A stretch of 64,000 nt of DNA from Acidimicrobiaceae bacterium (GTDB lineage: Bacteria; Actinomycetota; Acidimicrobiia; Acidimicrobiales; RAAP-2), in assembly GCA_027306585.1 (NCBI GenBank), contig DAHUZJ010000021.1, forward strand, positions 3,564-67,563. Reading direction: 5' to 3'. Below are positions 54,465 through 63,212 of the stretch, in pieces (the stretch's first letter is position 1; each line of letters opens with the position of its first letter). Position numbers and translations under genes: made by a program. Below the pieces are notes generated by a model. That model saw only the letters and a program-made list of their open reading frames with translations, had not been told where the DNA came from and did no database searches.

Positions 54465-55358
54465 ATGGCGGAGCACCCCGCAGCGGTGCGAGCCGCCGTC
54501 ACTCCCGACGAGGTCCGCCGGCAGCTCGACGGCGTCGGGTACCTGGTGGACGAAGGGCTCGCCACGGCCCTCGCCCTCGCCCTCTCCCTCGGCCAGCCGC
54601 TCCTCCTCGAGGGCGAGCCAGGTGTCGGCAAGACGGCGGCCGCCAAGTCGCTGGCCGAGGCACTCGGCGCGCCGTTGCTCCGGCTGCAGTGCTACGAGGG
54701 CGTGACGGCCAGCGAGGCCCTCTACGAGTGGAACTACCAGCGCCAGCTCCTCGCCATCCGCCTCGCCGAGTCCCGCCACGAGACGCTGCGGGACGCCGAT
54801 CTCTTCACCGAGGAGTTCCTGCAGTCGCGCCCCATCCTCCAGGCCGTCCGGGCGGAGGGACCCGTGGCGCCCGTCCTCCTCATCGACGAGATCGACCGGG
54901 CCGACGACGAGTTCGAAGCGCTGCTCTTCGAGTTCCTCGGGGAGGCCTCGGTGACCGTGCCCGAGCTCGGCACCTTCACCGCCCGCCGGCGGCCCACGGT
55001 GGTCCTGACCTCGAACCGCAGCCGCGAGCTCCACGACGCCCTGCGGCGCCGCTGCCTGTACCACTGGATCGAGTTCCCCGACGCCGAGCGCGTCGTGGCC
55101 ATCCTGCGCCGTTCGGTCCCGGGCGCGGCCGACCCGCTCCTGACCGAGACGGCGGCCTTCGTGGGGCGGGTCCGCCTCCTCGACCTCGACAAGGCGCCGG
55201 GCCTGGCCGAGGCCATCGACTGGCTGGCGGCCCTCAGCGTGCTCGGCGTCGCCGAGCTCACCCGCGAGGACGTCGTGCGCACCCTGGGGTCGATCGTGAA
55301 GACGCCCGACGACGGCGAGGCCGTCCGGGCGGCCCTCGGCGACCTCGGCTACGGGTGA
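54465..55358 (+). CDS. coxD: MoxR-type AAA+ ATPase (CoxD-like)
   Basis: Walker A GEPGVGKT, Walker B VLLIDEIDRA, and the downstream LRRRC. Confidence 0.9.
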   Translation: MAEHPAAVRAAVTPDEVRRQLDGVGYLVDEGLATALALALSLGQPLLLEGEPGVGKTAAAKSLAEALGAPLLRLQCYEGVTASEALYEWNYQRQLLAIRLAESRHETLRDADLFTEEFLQSRPILQAVRAEGPVAPVLLIDEIDRADDEFEALLFEFLGEASVTVPELGTFTARRRPTVVLTSNRSRELHDALRRRCLYHWIEFPDAERVVAILRRSVPGAADPLLTETAAFVGRVRLLDLDKAPGLAEAIDWLAALSVLGVAELTREDVVRTLGSIVKTPDDGEAVRAALGDLGYG

Positions 55359-56551
55359 CCGCGCTCCTCCCCGGCGTCGATCGTGCCGCCGTCGCCGGGG
55401 CACTGACCGTCCGGCTCCGGGCAGCGGGGATGGCGGTGGGGGTGAACGGGGCCGCCGCCTTCGCCCGCTCCCTCGCCGTCACCGACGTCGGCGAGCGCCG
55501 CGCGCTGTACTGGGCCGCCCGGGTGACGCTCGTCCATCGGCCCGAGGACCTGGCCACCTTCGACGCCGTCTTCGCCGGTGTGTTCGGCGCCGGCGGGCTG
55601 CGGCTGGACCCGGCGGCCCGCCGCCGGTCGCCCGGACCGGCACCCCGCCGTCCCGAGGACGCCTATGCGCGGGTCGAGGCGCTCGCCGCCCCGGAAGAGG
55701 CCGGCGCAGGGCTCCCGTGGGCCACGCTCCCCGCCGTCGTGGGGCTGGCGGCGGACGACCGGGACACCGAGCTCGCCGTGCCCGAGCGGTTGCCGAGCCG
55801 GCTCGAGGCCGTGGCCGACGCGCCGTTCGAGTCGCTCGATCCGGGCCAGCTCGCGCTGCTCGACGGCTGGCTGGCCGATGCCTTGCGGCGGTGGCCGACC
55901 CGCCGGTCGCGGCGCACGGCTCCCAGCCGCCACGGTCGCCGCGTCGGGCTGCGGCCGACCGTGGCCCGGGCCCGGCGCACGGGGTTCGAGCCGGTCGAGC
56001 TGGTGCGGACCCGGCCGGTGCCCCGGCCCCGCAGGATCGTCCTGCTCTGTGACGTCAGCCGGTCCATGCAGCCCTACGCTGCCGCCTACCTCCACCTCAT
56101 GCGAGCGGCGGCCGTCGTCGCCCGGGCGGAGGTGTTCGCCTTCGCCACTGCGCTCACCCGGCTGACCCCGGTCCTCGCCCACGGGCCGGCCGAGACGGCC
56201 GTCGAGCAGGCGACGGCCGAGGTCGCCGACCGGTTCGGCGGCACCCGCATCGCCGGCTCCCTGCGGGCCTTGCTCACCTCGCGCCACGGCGAGCTGTGCC
56301 GGGGGGCTCTGGTCCTGATCGCCTCCGATGGGTGGGACAGCGACCCGCCCGAGGCGATGCAGGCAGCCATGGCGCGGCTCCGGCGCCGCGCCCACCGCGT
56401 GCTGTGGCTCAATCCTCGGCTCGCCGCTCCCGGCTACCAGCCGCTGGTGGGCGGCATGGCCGCCGCCCTCCCGTTCTGCGACCGGGTCCTGCCGGCCGAC
56501 ACGATCGGCGCGCTGGGGGACGTGGTGGCGGCCATCGTGGGCGGAGGTTGA
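55355..56551 (+). CDS. coxE: VWA-domain protein (CoxE-like)
   Basis: MIDAS-like IVLLCDVSRSM and LIASDGWD. It overlaps coxD by GTGA. 398 aa. Confidence 0.85.
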   Translation: MTALLPGVDRAAVAGALTVRLRAAGMAVGVNGAAAFARSLAVTDVGERRALYWAARVTLVHRPEDLATFDAVFAGVFGAGGLRLDPAARRRSPGPAPRRPEDAYARVEALAAPEEAGAGLPWATLPAVVGLAADDRDTELAVPERLPSRLEAVADAPFESLDPGQLALLDGWLADALRRWPTRRSRRTAPSRHGRRVGLRPTVARARRTGFEPVELVRTRPVPRPRRIVLLCDVSRSMQPYAAAYLHLMRAAAVVARAEVFAFATALTRLTPVLAHGPAETAVEQATAEVADRFGGTRIAGSLRALLTSRHGELCRGALVLIASDGWDSDPPEAMQAAMARLRRRAHRVLWLNPRLAAPGYQPLVGGMAAALPFCDRVLPADTIGALGDVVAAIVGGG

Positions 56552-56624
56552 CGGCACGCAGCCGAGGGCCGCGTCGAGGGGCGCCACGGCGTGGCCGGAG
56601 CGCCGAACTACCCTTTCGGGACTC

Positions 56625-57614
56625 ATGCGACCGAACGTGCACCGCAGGAGGCGGTCCCCCTGGCGGGCGGTGGTGGCGGCACTTCTGCTGGTGGCGGGCG
56701 GTGCCGGCATCTGGTACGCCGTCGCCGGCCGCTTCGACCTCTCGTCGGGTACCACGCTGGTGGCGACGCGCATCGGCACCTACCCGGTGGCCACGAGCGA
56801 GCTGCGGATCGTCGAGCCGACGGTGAGCCAGCCGCGCGTCCTGCCGACCGACGTCTGGTACCCGGAGACGGCGGGTCGCCGCCCGCTGCTCGTGTTCTCG
56901 CAGGGCTACCTCCACCCCGTGGCGACATACGAGCCGCTCCTCACGGCGTGGGCCTCGGCGGGGTACGTCGTCGTGGCCCCGACCTACCCGCGGACCGTGA
57001 TGCCGGATCCGACAACAGCCGCCGGTCCCACAGAGAGCGACATGCTCGACCACCCGGCGGATCTCCGCTACGTCGTGCACACCGTCCTCGATGACGCCGC
57101 GCACGGCCGGACCGTGCTCGCCGGCCGGGTGGACGGCGACGACGTCGGGCTGGTGGGACAGTCCGACGGGGGAGACGTCAGCCTGGCGGTGGCGGACAAC
57201 TCCGCCGACCGCACACCTCGGGTGAAGGCGGTGGCCGTCTTGTCGGGTGCCGAGTGGGCGCCGTTCGGCGGCACCTACTTCAGCGGCCCCGCCGTCCCCC
57301 TCCTCGTCGTCCAGAGCAATGCCGACACGGTCAACGTGCCGGTCTGCGGGACCATGACCTACGACCAGGCACCGCAGCCCAAGTACTTCCTCGAGCTGCT
57401 CGGCATCACACACATGGGCGCCTACACGGTGCCCAACGCCTACGAGCACGTCGTGGCCAAGGTGACGACGCGCTTCTTCGACGCCGAGCTCGAGCACGAG
57501 GGACGCGCCTTGTCCGGGATCGGTGCCATCGCCGACGTGCCCGGCGTCTCCGCCATCACGGCGCAGCCGGTAGCCCCTTCGCTCACCCCGACGACATGCC
57601 CGGGCGCCCCGTGA
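56625..57614 (+). CDS. membrane-anchored alpha/beta hydrolase (PAF-acetylhydrolase/chlorophyllase-like)
   Basis: N-terminal TM helix AVVAALLLVAGGAGIWYAV, nucleophile elbow GQSDGG and a late H in GITHMG. Confidence 0.65.
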   Translation: MRPNVHRRRRSPWRAVVAALLLVAGGAGIWYAVAGRFDLSSGTTLVATRIGTYPVATSELRIVEPTVSQPRVLPTDVWYPETAGRRPLLVFSQGYLHPVATYEPLLTAWASAGYVVVAPTYPRTVMPDPTTAAGPTESDMLDHPADLRYVVHTVLDDAAHGRTVLAGRVDGDDVGLVGQSDGGDVSLAVADNSADRTPRVKAVAVLSGAEWAPFGGTYFSGPAVPLLVVQSNADTVNVPVCGTMTYDQAPQPKYFLELLGITHMGAYTVPNAYEHVVAKVTTRFFDAELEHEGRALSGIGAIADVPGVSAITAQPVAPSLTPTTCPGAP

Positions 57615-57661
57615 TGCACCACCGAGGAGGTGCGTGACCGGCAAGCCCTGGCACCCGCGGA

Positions 57662-57876
57662 GCCGCCGGGATGACGACCAGCGGCTGCGTACGGGCGACC
57701 GTCGTCGACGCCTTCTCCGCCAACTTCCACGTCGTCGTGCCCGCCGAGTGTGTCGCCGACCGGAGCCAGATCTCGCACAAGAGGTCAACCTCTTCGACAT
57801 CCACATGAAGTACGCCGACGTCGTCAGCCTGGAGGAGGCGCTCGCCTATCTGGCCACGGTGGCCGCGTCGGGCTGA
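57662..57876 (+). pseudogene. 3' remnant of an isochorismatase/cysteine-hydrolase family gene, frameshifted
   Basis: One frame reads GMTTSGCVRATVVDAFSANFHVVVPAECVADRS, which includes the catalytic-Cys region. After a shift near 57779-57780, another frame reads EVNLFDIHMKYADVVSLEEALAYL, the family C-terminus. The first roughly 110 aa of a normal gene are missing. Confidence 0.6.
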
Positions 57877-57898
57877 CCACCGGAGGCGGGCACGCGGG

Positions 57899-58300
57899 TC
57901 AGCGGCCGCGGTACTCCTCGTCGGTCACGTGGTCGCCCCATTCGTGCTCGGGCGTCTCGTCGTCCGCCGGCGCTTCCCACACGGCGAGGTGGGACATGAA
58001 ATGGTCCGGTGCCGCGCCATGCCAGTGCCACTCGCCCGGAGCCGTCTGGACCGTGTCGCCGGGATGGAGCTCGACGATCGCGTGGTCCCGGACCTGGGCG
58101 CGGCCGAGGCCTTCGGTCACGTGGAGGGTCTGGCCCACGGCGTGGGCGTGCCATGCACTGCGGGCGCCGGGGGCGAACCGCACCAGGTTGACCCGCAAGC
58201 GGGAGGGTCGTTCCGCCCTCGCCAGCACGTCGTACCAGACGTCCCCGGTGAACATGTGGGCAGGGCCCTTGATCGAGGACGAACGGGGCTGGACGTGCAT
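57899..58300 (-). CDS. cupin domain protein
   Basis: 133 aa with FAPGARSAWHAH and GEWHWHG cupin motifs. A GAGGAGG RBS precedes ATG 58300. Confidence 0.8.
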   Translation of the reverse strand: MHVQPRSSSIKGPAHMFTGDVWYDVLARAERPSRLRVNLVRFAPGARSAWHAHAVGQTLHVTEGLGRAQVRDHAIVELHPGDTVQTAPGEWHWHGAAPDHFMSHLAVWEAPADDETPEHEWGDHVTDEEYRGR

Positions 58301-58394
58301 CTCGCCTCCTCGGGTGGCCGGCGCGCGGGACCGCCGGGACCCTCCCAGGTTACGGGGGCCGTGCCCTGCCCGGTCCAACCGGCGGTCTCGGACC

Positions 58395-58691
58395 TCAGGG
58401 GTGCGACGGCGCCGGCGGGGCCCCTTCGAGCTCGAAGAAGAGCTGGTCGGCGTAGCACCACCACCAGTCCTCGCCGGGCTCGTACGACCGGATGAGGGGG
58501 TGGTCGGGGTTGGCCTGCCAGTGGGCGGTGGCGTGCCGGTGGGGGGAGCTGTCGCAGCACCCCACGTGGCCGCAGTGCATGCACATCCGGAGGTGCACCC
58601 ATTGGCCTCCGGTGCGGAGACAGTCCTCGCAGCCGTCGCTCGACGGCGTGACGTCCTCGACGGTCCCCAGATGGCCGCAGGTCTGTGCCAT
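58395..58691 (-). CDS. UBP-type zinc-finger protein
   Basis: CGHL...CEDCL...WVHLRMCMHCGHVGCCDSSPHRHATAH. A GGAAGGGG RBS precedes ATG 58691. Confidence 0.8.
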   Translation of the reverse strand: MAQTCGHLGTVEDVTPSSDGCEDCLRTGGQWVHLRMCMHCGHVGCCDSSPHRHATAHWQANPDHPLIRSYEPGEDWWWCYADQLFFELEGAPPAPSHP

Positions 58692-58890
58692 GACGCCCCT
58701 TCCCGTGCAGGGAACCAACGACGCGGCCTCCGACGGTCACCGCACGCCGGCACCGGCGCGGCAACGGCGCGGCAACGGCGCCTCCGGCGGCAGTGAGGCG
58801 ACGGTACGCGGTGGGAGGCGAACCTGTCAACGTGCCCGCCGGGCCCCAGCACCGTCCGGCGACCGCGTGGTACACCACCCGGGTGACGCC

Positions 58891-59685
58891 ATGCCGCCGG
58901 ACGAGGCGTGCCGACCGCTCGAACCGGGGAAGTGGACGGTGAGGGCCCTCCTCCCCCAACCGCGGTCGCAGGTCGACCTGCTCGCCGCCTACGCCGTCCC
59001 CGACAGCGCCCGGGGTGACCGGTCCTTCGTCCGGTGCAACATGGTGTCGACGCTCGACGGTGCGATCGCCGTCCAGGGGCGCTCCGGCTCGCTGGGCAGC
59101 CCTGGCGACCGGCGAGTCTTCGGGGTCCTTCGGTCACTCGCCGACGTGATCTTGGTCGGCGCCGGCACCGCGCGGGCCGAGGGCTACGGTCCGGCTCGCC
59201 TCGGGGACGAGCTCCGTGCGCGCCGGGTCGAGCGGGGTCAGTCGGACGCACCGCCCATCGCCGTGGTCACCGGGACGGGCGAGCTGGACGGGAGGACGCC
59301 CTTCTTCGCCGACGCCGTGGAGCCCCCCATCGTGCTCACCACCGAGCTCGGCGCGGCCGCCGCCCACCGGTCCGTCGGGGACGTGGCGCGCGTCCGCGTC
59401 GCCGGGGCGAACCGCGTGGACCCTTTCCGGGCGCTGGACGAGCTCAACCGCCTGGGCCACCGCCACGTGCTCCTCGAGGGCGGACCCGGTCTCAACGGAG
59501 ACCTCGTGCGGGCCGGGTTGCTGGACGAGCTGTGCCTGACGCTGTCCCCTCGCCTGGTCGCAGGTGCGGGGCCGCGCGTGCTGGCCGGCCCCGAACTGGC
59601 CAGTCCCCTGGACCTTGACGTCGTCCACCTCCTGGAAGAGGACGGCTTCCTCTTCTGGCGGCTCGTGGTCCGCCGCCGCGACTGA
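58891..59685 (+). CDS. RibD C-terminal domain / pyrimidine reductase family protein
   Basis: NMVSTLDGA, DRRVFGVLRSLADVILVGAGTAR and LLEGGPGLNGDL. The start is uncertain. Confidence 0.7.
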   Translation: MPPDEACRPLEPGKWTVRALLPQPRSQVDLLAAYAVPDSARGDRSFVRCNMVSTLDGAIAVQGRSGSLGSPGDRRVFGVLRSLADVILVGAGTARAEGYGPARLGDELRARRVERGQSDAPPIAVVTGTGELDGRTPFFADAVEPPIVLTTELGAAAAHRSVGDVARVRVAGANRVDPFRALDELNRLGHRHVLLEGGPGLNGDLVRAGLLDELCLTLSPRLVAGAGPRVLAGPELASPLDLDVVHLLEEDGFLFWRLVVRRRD

Positions 59686-59868
59686 GCGTGCCCGCGGCGC
59701 CGGGGACCGAGACCGGAGACCAGGGGCGAGAAGTCAACCAGGCGCCGTCCACCGGCGCGGCGGTCTCGTCCACCGCGCGTTGCACGACGGGGTCGATCGG
59801 TGCGGGTCGGGCCGCAAGGGCCGGGTGGCGGGTGGGCATCTCCCGGGGGCATCGCGCCGCACCGCGGG

Positions 59869-61029
59869 TCAGCCGGCGAGGACGTGGCGCAGCCGGTGGG
59901 TGGCGAGGAGAAGGAACACGGCGGCGAAGCCGGCCAGGACCGCCAGGTCCGGAAGGACGGTGGCCAGCGTGCCGCCTCGGGCGAGGAGGGCCGTCCAGGC
60001 GTCGACCGCCCACGCCTGGGGCGTGGCGTGGCCCACCTGGCGCATGACGGGGCTGACCATCGCCAGGGGCCACATGCAGCCCCCGAGCATCCCGAGCGTG
60101 ATGCCGACCACCGGGCCGATGCCGCTCGCCTGCTCGGGGGTCTTGAACAGCGTGCCAGCGAGCATGCCCGCGCCCGCGCCCACGAGCGACCAGCACACGA
60201 GGAGCAGCGCGGCGGCGATCGGGTCACCCCACGAGACGCCGAAGGCGAGGGCGCCCACGGCCACGATCAGCAGCGACTGGCCGAGCGCGATGACGAGGTA
60301 GTTGAGGGTCTCGCCGGCGATGACGTCGCGGGGGCGCACCGGGGCGGCGACGATCCGCTCGTAGATGCCGAGCCGCCGGGTCTCGACGGTCGCCGCCCCG
60401 CCGGCGACCGCGCTCAGGAACACGAAGAGCACCAGTTCGGTCGGCGCGGCGTAGCTGAAGCCTTCGGGCAGGATGCTGGACGACGCCTGGGCGGCCACCG
60501 TCCGGACCTGGGCGCGCGGCAGCCGTCCCTCGAGGCGTGCCGCCTGGGAGAGGTTGGTGGCGAAGGTGCCACCGGCCTGCGCAGTGGCGAACTGCGCCGC
60601 CTGCACCCGCACCCCCTCCGCCCGGACGACGGCGGCCACCGCGGTGGCGGCCGCCTGCATCGAGCTGTTGGCCTGCTCGAAGACGAGCCCCACGCTGGTC
60701 CTGCTGCCGCCGCGCTCGGCCTCGTCCATCCGGGCCGGGAGCACCACCCCGGTGTTGAGCTCGCCGCGAGCGATCGCCGTGGACATCGCCCGCACGGTGG
60801 GGTAGTGGTCGACCGCGAGATCCGGGGACCGGTCGAGCGCCGCCACCAGACGCTGCCCCGCGGCACCGGCTCCCTCGTCGACCACGCCCACCTTCCACGT
60901 GGAGAACCCCCGCACCGTGGCGCCGACGAGCACGATCACGAGCACGGGGAGGACGACCAGGAAGAAGAGGGCGGTGCGGTCCCGGACCAGCCGGGTCAGC
61001 GATGCCCGGGCGATGGCGAGCACGGTCAC
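59869..61029 (-). CDS. ABC-2 type transporter permease
   Basis: N-terminal TM helix, a large extracytoplasmic loop and about 5 C-terminal TM helices. It overlaps the upstream permease by GTGA. Confidence 0.8.
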   Translation of the reverse strand: MTVLAIARASLTRLVRDRTALFFLVVLPVLVIVLVGATVRGFSTWKVGVVDEGAGAAGQRLVAALDRSPDLAVDHYPTVRAMSTAIARGELNTGVVLPARMDEAERGGSRTSVGLVFEQANSSMQAAATAVAAVVRAEGVRVQAAQFATAQAGGTFATNLSQAARLEGRLPRAQVRTVAAQASSSILPEGFSYAAPTELVLFVFLSAVAGGAATVETRRLGIYERIVAAPVRPRDVIAGETLNYLVIALGQSLLIVAVGALAFGVSWGDPIAAALLLVCWSLVGAGAGMLAGTLFKTPEQASGIGPVVGITLGMLGGCMWPLAMVSPVMRQVGHATPQAWAVDAWTALLARGGTLATVLPDLAVLAGFAAVFLLLATHRLRHVLAG

Positions 61030-62195
61030 GACCGCACGGCCTTGGTCGCGAGCAGCGCCGACAGCCCCCCGGCCACGGCGCTGAAGGAGAGGATGGCGGC
61101 GATCGGCACGGCCACCGTGCGAAGGCCACCACCGAGCGTCGCCAGGTCGGTGAACCCCCGCAGGGCCCACCCGTTCGGCGTGCCGAGGGCGAGGTTGCGC
61201 ATGATCGGCGGGGCGGCCGAGAGGAACACGAAGTTCCCTCCGAGGAGGGCGAGCCCGAACACCAGGACGGCGCTGATGCCCTCGGCCTGTCGCTGCGTCC
61301 GCGCAACCGCCATGACGAGCGTCGCGAGGGTGACCACGGCGACGACCAGCGCCACGCAGAGCGCGCCGGCGGCCAGGGGGTCGCCCCAGTCGGCGCCGAA
61401 CGCCGCCGTCGTGACCAGGGCGATGATCCCGAGGCTGACGATGCCGTAGGCGAAGACGGACAACGCCTTGCCGAGCACGATCTCGTGCGGGCGGACGGGT
61501 GCCGCCCGTATCCGCTCGATCATTCCCTGCGACCGGTCGACGAAGTAGCTGCGCGACGTGAAGGAGATCATGAAGAGGAGGAAGAAGATCGCCATGCCGG
61601 GGCTGTAGTAGCTGACGGCCTTCAGCGGCGTGGCGCCGACGGATCGGTCGACGGTGGTCAGCGGCAGCCGCAGGGTGGTGGCGAGCGACTGTAGACGGGC
61701 GGCTTCCGAGCCCGGCGCGCCGGCGGCCAGCGCGGTGGCGACCGAGAGGCGGTCGGCGTTCAGCTGGGCGACGAAGGAGGAGGCGATCGACGCGGTGACG
61801 CTCCCGGCCGTGGCGTTGTCGGCACCGGTGACGACCGTCAGGGCCGCCGGGTGACCGGCGGCGGCGGCGGCGGAGAACCCCGTCGGCACCACGAGGGCCG
61901 CCCCGACGGTCTTGTCTCGTACGGCGGTCCGCGCTGCGGCGGCGGAGGGCAGCGACTGCGTGGTGACGACCTGGCGGAGCCCAGGCTCGTGGAGCACTCC
62001 GCCCAACGCGGTCGCCAGCGGGCCATGGTCGTCGTCGACCACCCCCAGGGTGTAGTGGAAGGTCTCGGCACCTCGGAAGGCGAGGCTCATCAGGGCGGCG
62101 ATGGCGATCGGGGCCACGAGTCCGATCACGATCGCCGACCGGTCGCGCAGGCGCTGACGAAGATCTTTGCCGGCGATCACCAGGGCGGCCCGCAT
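61026..62195 (-). CDS. ABC-2 type transporter permease
   Basis: MRAALVIAGKDLRQRLRDRSAIVIGLVAPIAIAALM. Same architecture as its neighbour. Confidence 0.8.
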   Translation of the reverse strand: MRAALVIAGKDLRQRLRDRSAIVIGLVAPIAIAALMSLAFRGAETFHYTLGVVDDDHGPLATALGGVLHEPGLRQVVTTQSLPSAAAARTAVRDKTVGAALVVPTGFSAAAAAGHPAALTVVTGADNATAGSVTASIASSFVAQLNADRLSVATALAAGAPGSEAARLQSLATTLRLPLTTVDRSVGATPLKAVSYYSPGMAIFFLLFMISFTSRSYFVDRSQGMIERIRAAPVRPHEIVLGKALSVFAYGIVSLGIIALVTTAAFGADWGDPLAAGALCVALVVAVVTLATLVMAVARTQRQAEGISAVLVFGLALLGGNFVFLSAAPPIMRNLALGTPNGWALRGFTDLATLGGGLRTVAVPIAAILSFSAVAGGLSALLATKAVRS

Positions 62196-62208
62196 GCTCG
62201 TGCCGGCC

Positions 62209-63147
62209 CTACTCTCGCAACGCCGTGCCCGTGAGGTGCAGGAACACCGCCTCGAGGTCCGGTTCCGTGACGTCGACGCTGCGTACGGGGACGCCCGCGT
62301 GCTCGGCGGCCTCGATCACGGCCGGGAGCGTCCGGCGACCGTCGGCGGCGACGAGCTGCACCGTGCCGTCGGCCACCGAGGCCCTCTCCACGCCGCCGGT
62401 CCGACGGCAGGCCGCAGCCAGGGTCTCCAGGTCGCCGTCGGCCGCCAGCTCGATCCGGTCCTTCTGGCCCAGCTCGGCCACCAGCTCGCGCCGGGTGCCT
62501 TCGGCGATCAGCCTTCCATGGTCGATGATCCCTACCCGGTCGCAGACGCGTTCCGCCTCTTCCATGTAGTGCGTGGTGTAGAGCACGCTCATGCCGGTCC
62601 GGCCGAAGCTGTCGACCCGCTCGAGGATGGCGTGCCGGCTCTGCGGGTCGACCCCGACGGTCGGCTCGTCGAGCACCAGGAGCGCCGGATGGTGCAAGAG
62701 CCCGGCCGCGATGTTGAGCCGCCGCTTCATGCCCCCCGAGAAGGAGTCGACCCGATCGCCCCCGCGGCTCGCCAGGTCCGTCAGCTCCAGCGCCTCGTCG
62801 ATCCGTGCTGCCAGCTCGCGGCCCCGGAGGTGATAGAGCCGGCCCAAGAAGGCCAGGTTCTCGGTGGCGGTGAGGTCGGGGTAGAGGGCGACGTCCTGGG
62901 GCACGTAGCCGACCATCCGGCGCACCGAGAGGTCGTCGCGTGCCGGGCGACCCCCGATGGTGACGGTGCCGCCGTCCGGGTCGAGCAGGCCACAGACCAT
63001 CTTGATGGTCGTCGTCTTGCCGGCACCGTTGGGTCCCAGCAGGCCGTAGACCTCGCCCGGTGCCAGCCGGAAGCTGACGTCGTCCACCGCCACCCGCGCC
63101 CCGAAGGTGCGCCGCAACCGATCGCATCGGAGGACGTCGTCGCCCAT
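62209..63147 (-). CDS. ABC transporter ATP-binding protein
   Basis: Walker A GPNGAGKTT, signature FSGGMKRR and Walker B LLVLDEP. Confidence 0.95.
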   Translation of the reverse strand: MGDDVLRCDRLRRTFGARVAVDDVSFRLAPGEVYGLLGPNGAGKTTTIKMVCGLLDPDGGTVTIGGRPARDDLSVRRMVGYVPQDVALYPDLTATENLAFLGRLYHLRGRELAARIDEALELTDLASRGGDRVDSFSGGMKRRLNIAAGLLHHPALLVLDEPTVGVDPQSRHAILERVDSFGRTGMSVLYTTHYMEEAERVCDRVGIIDHGRLIAEGTRRELVAELGQKDRIELAADGDLETLAAACRRTGGVERASVADGTVQLVAADGRRTLPAVIEAAEHAGVPVRSVDVTEPDLEAVFLHLTGTALRE

Positions 63148-63212
63148 GACGTCATCCTCGGGTGTTGCTCGGCCGGGTCTCTAGGGTCGAAAGTCCGAGG
63201 TGCGGCCCGGGG

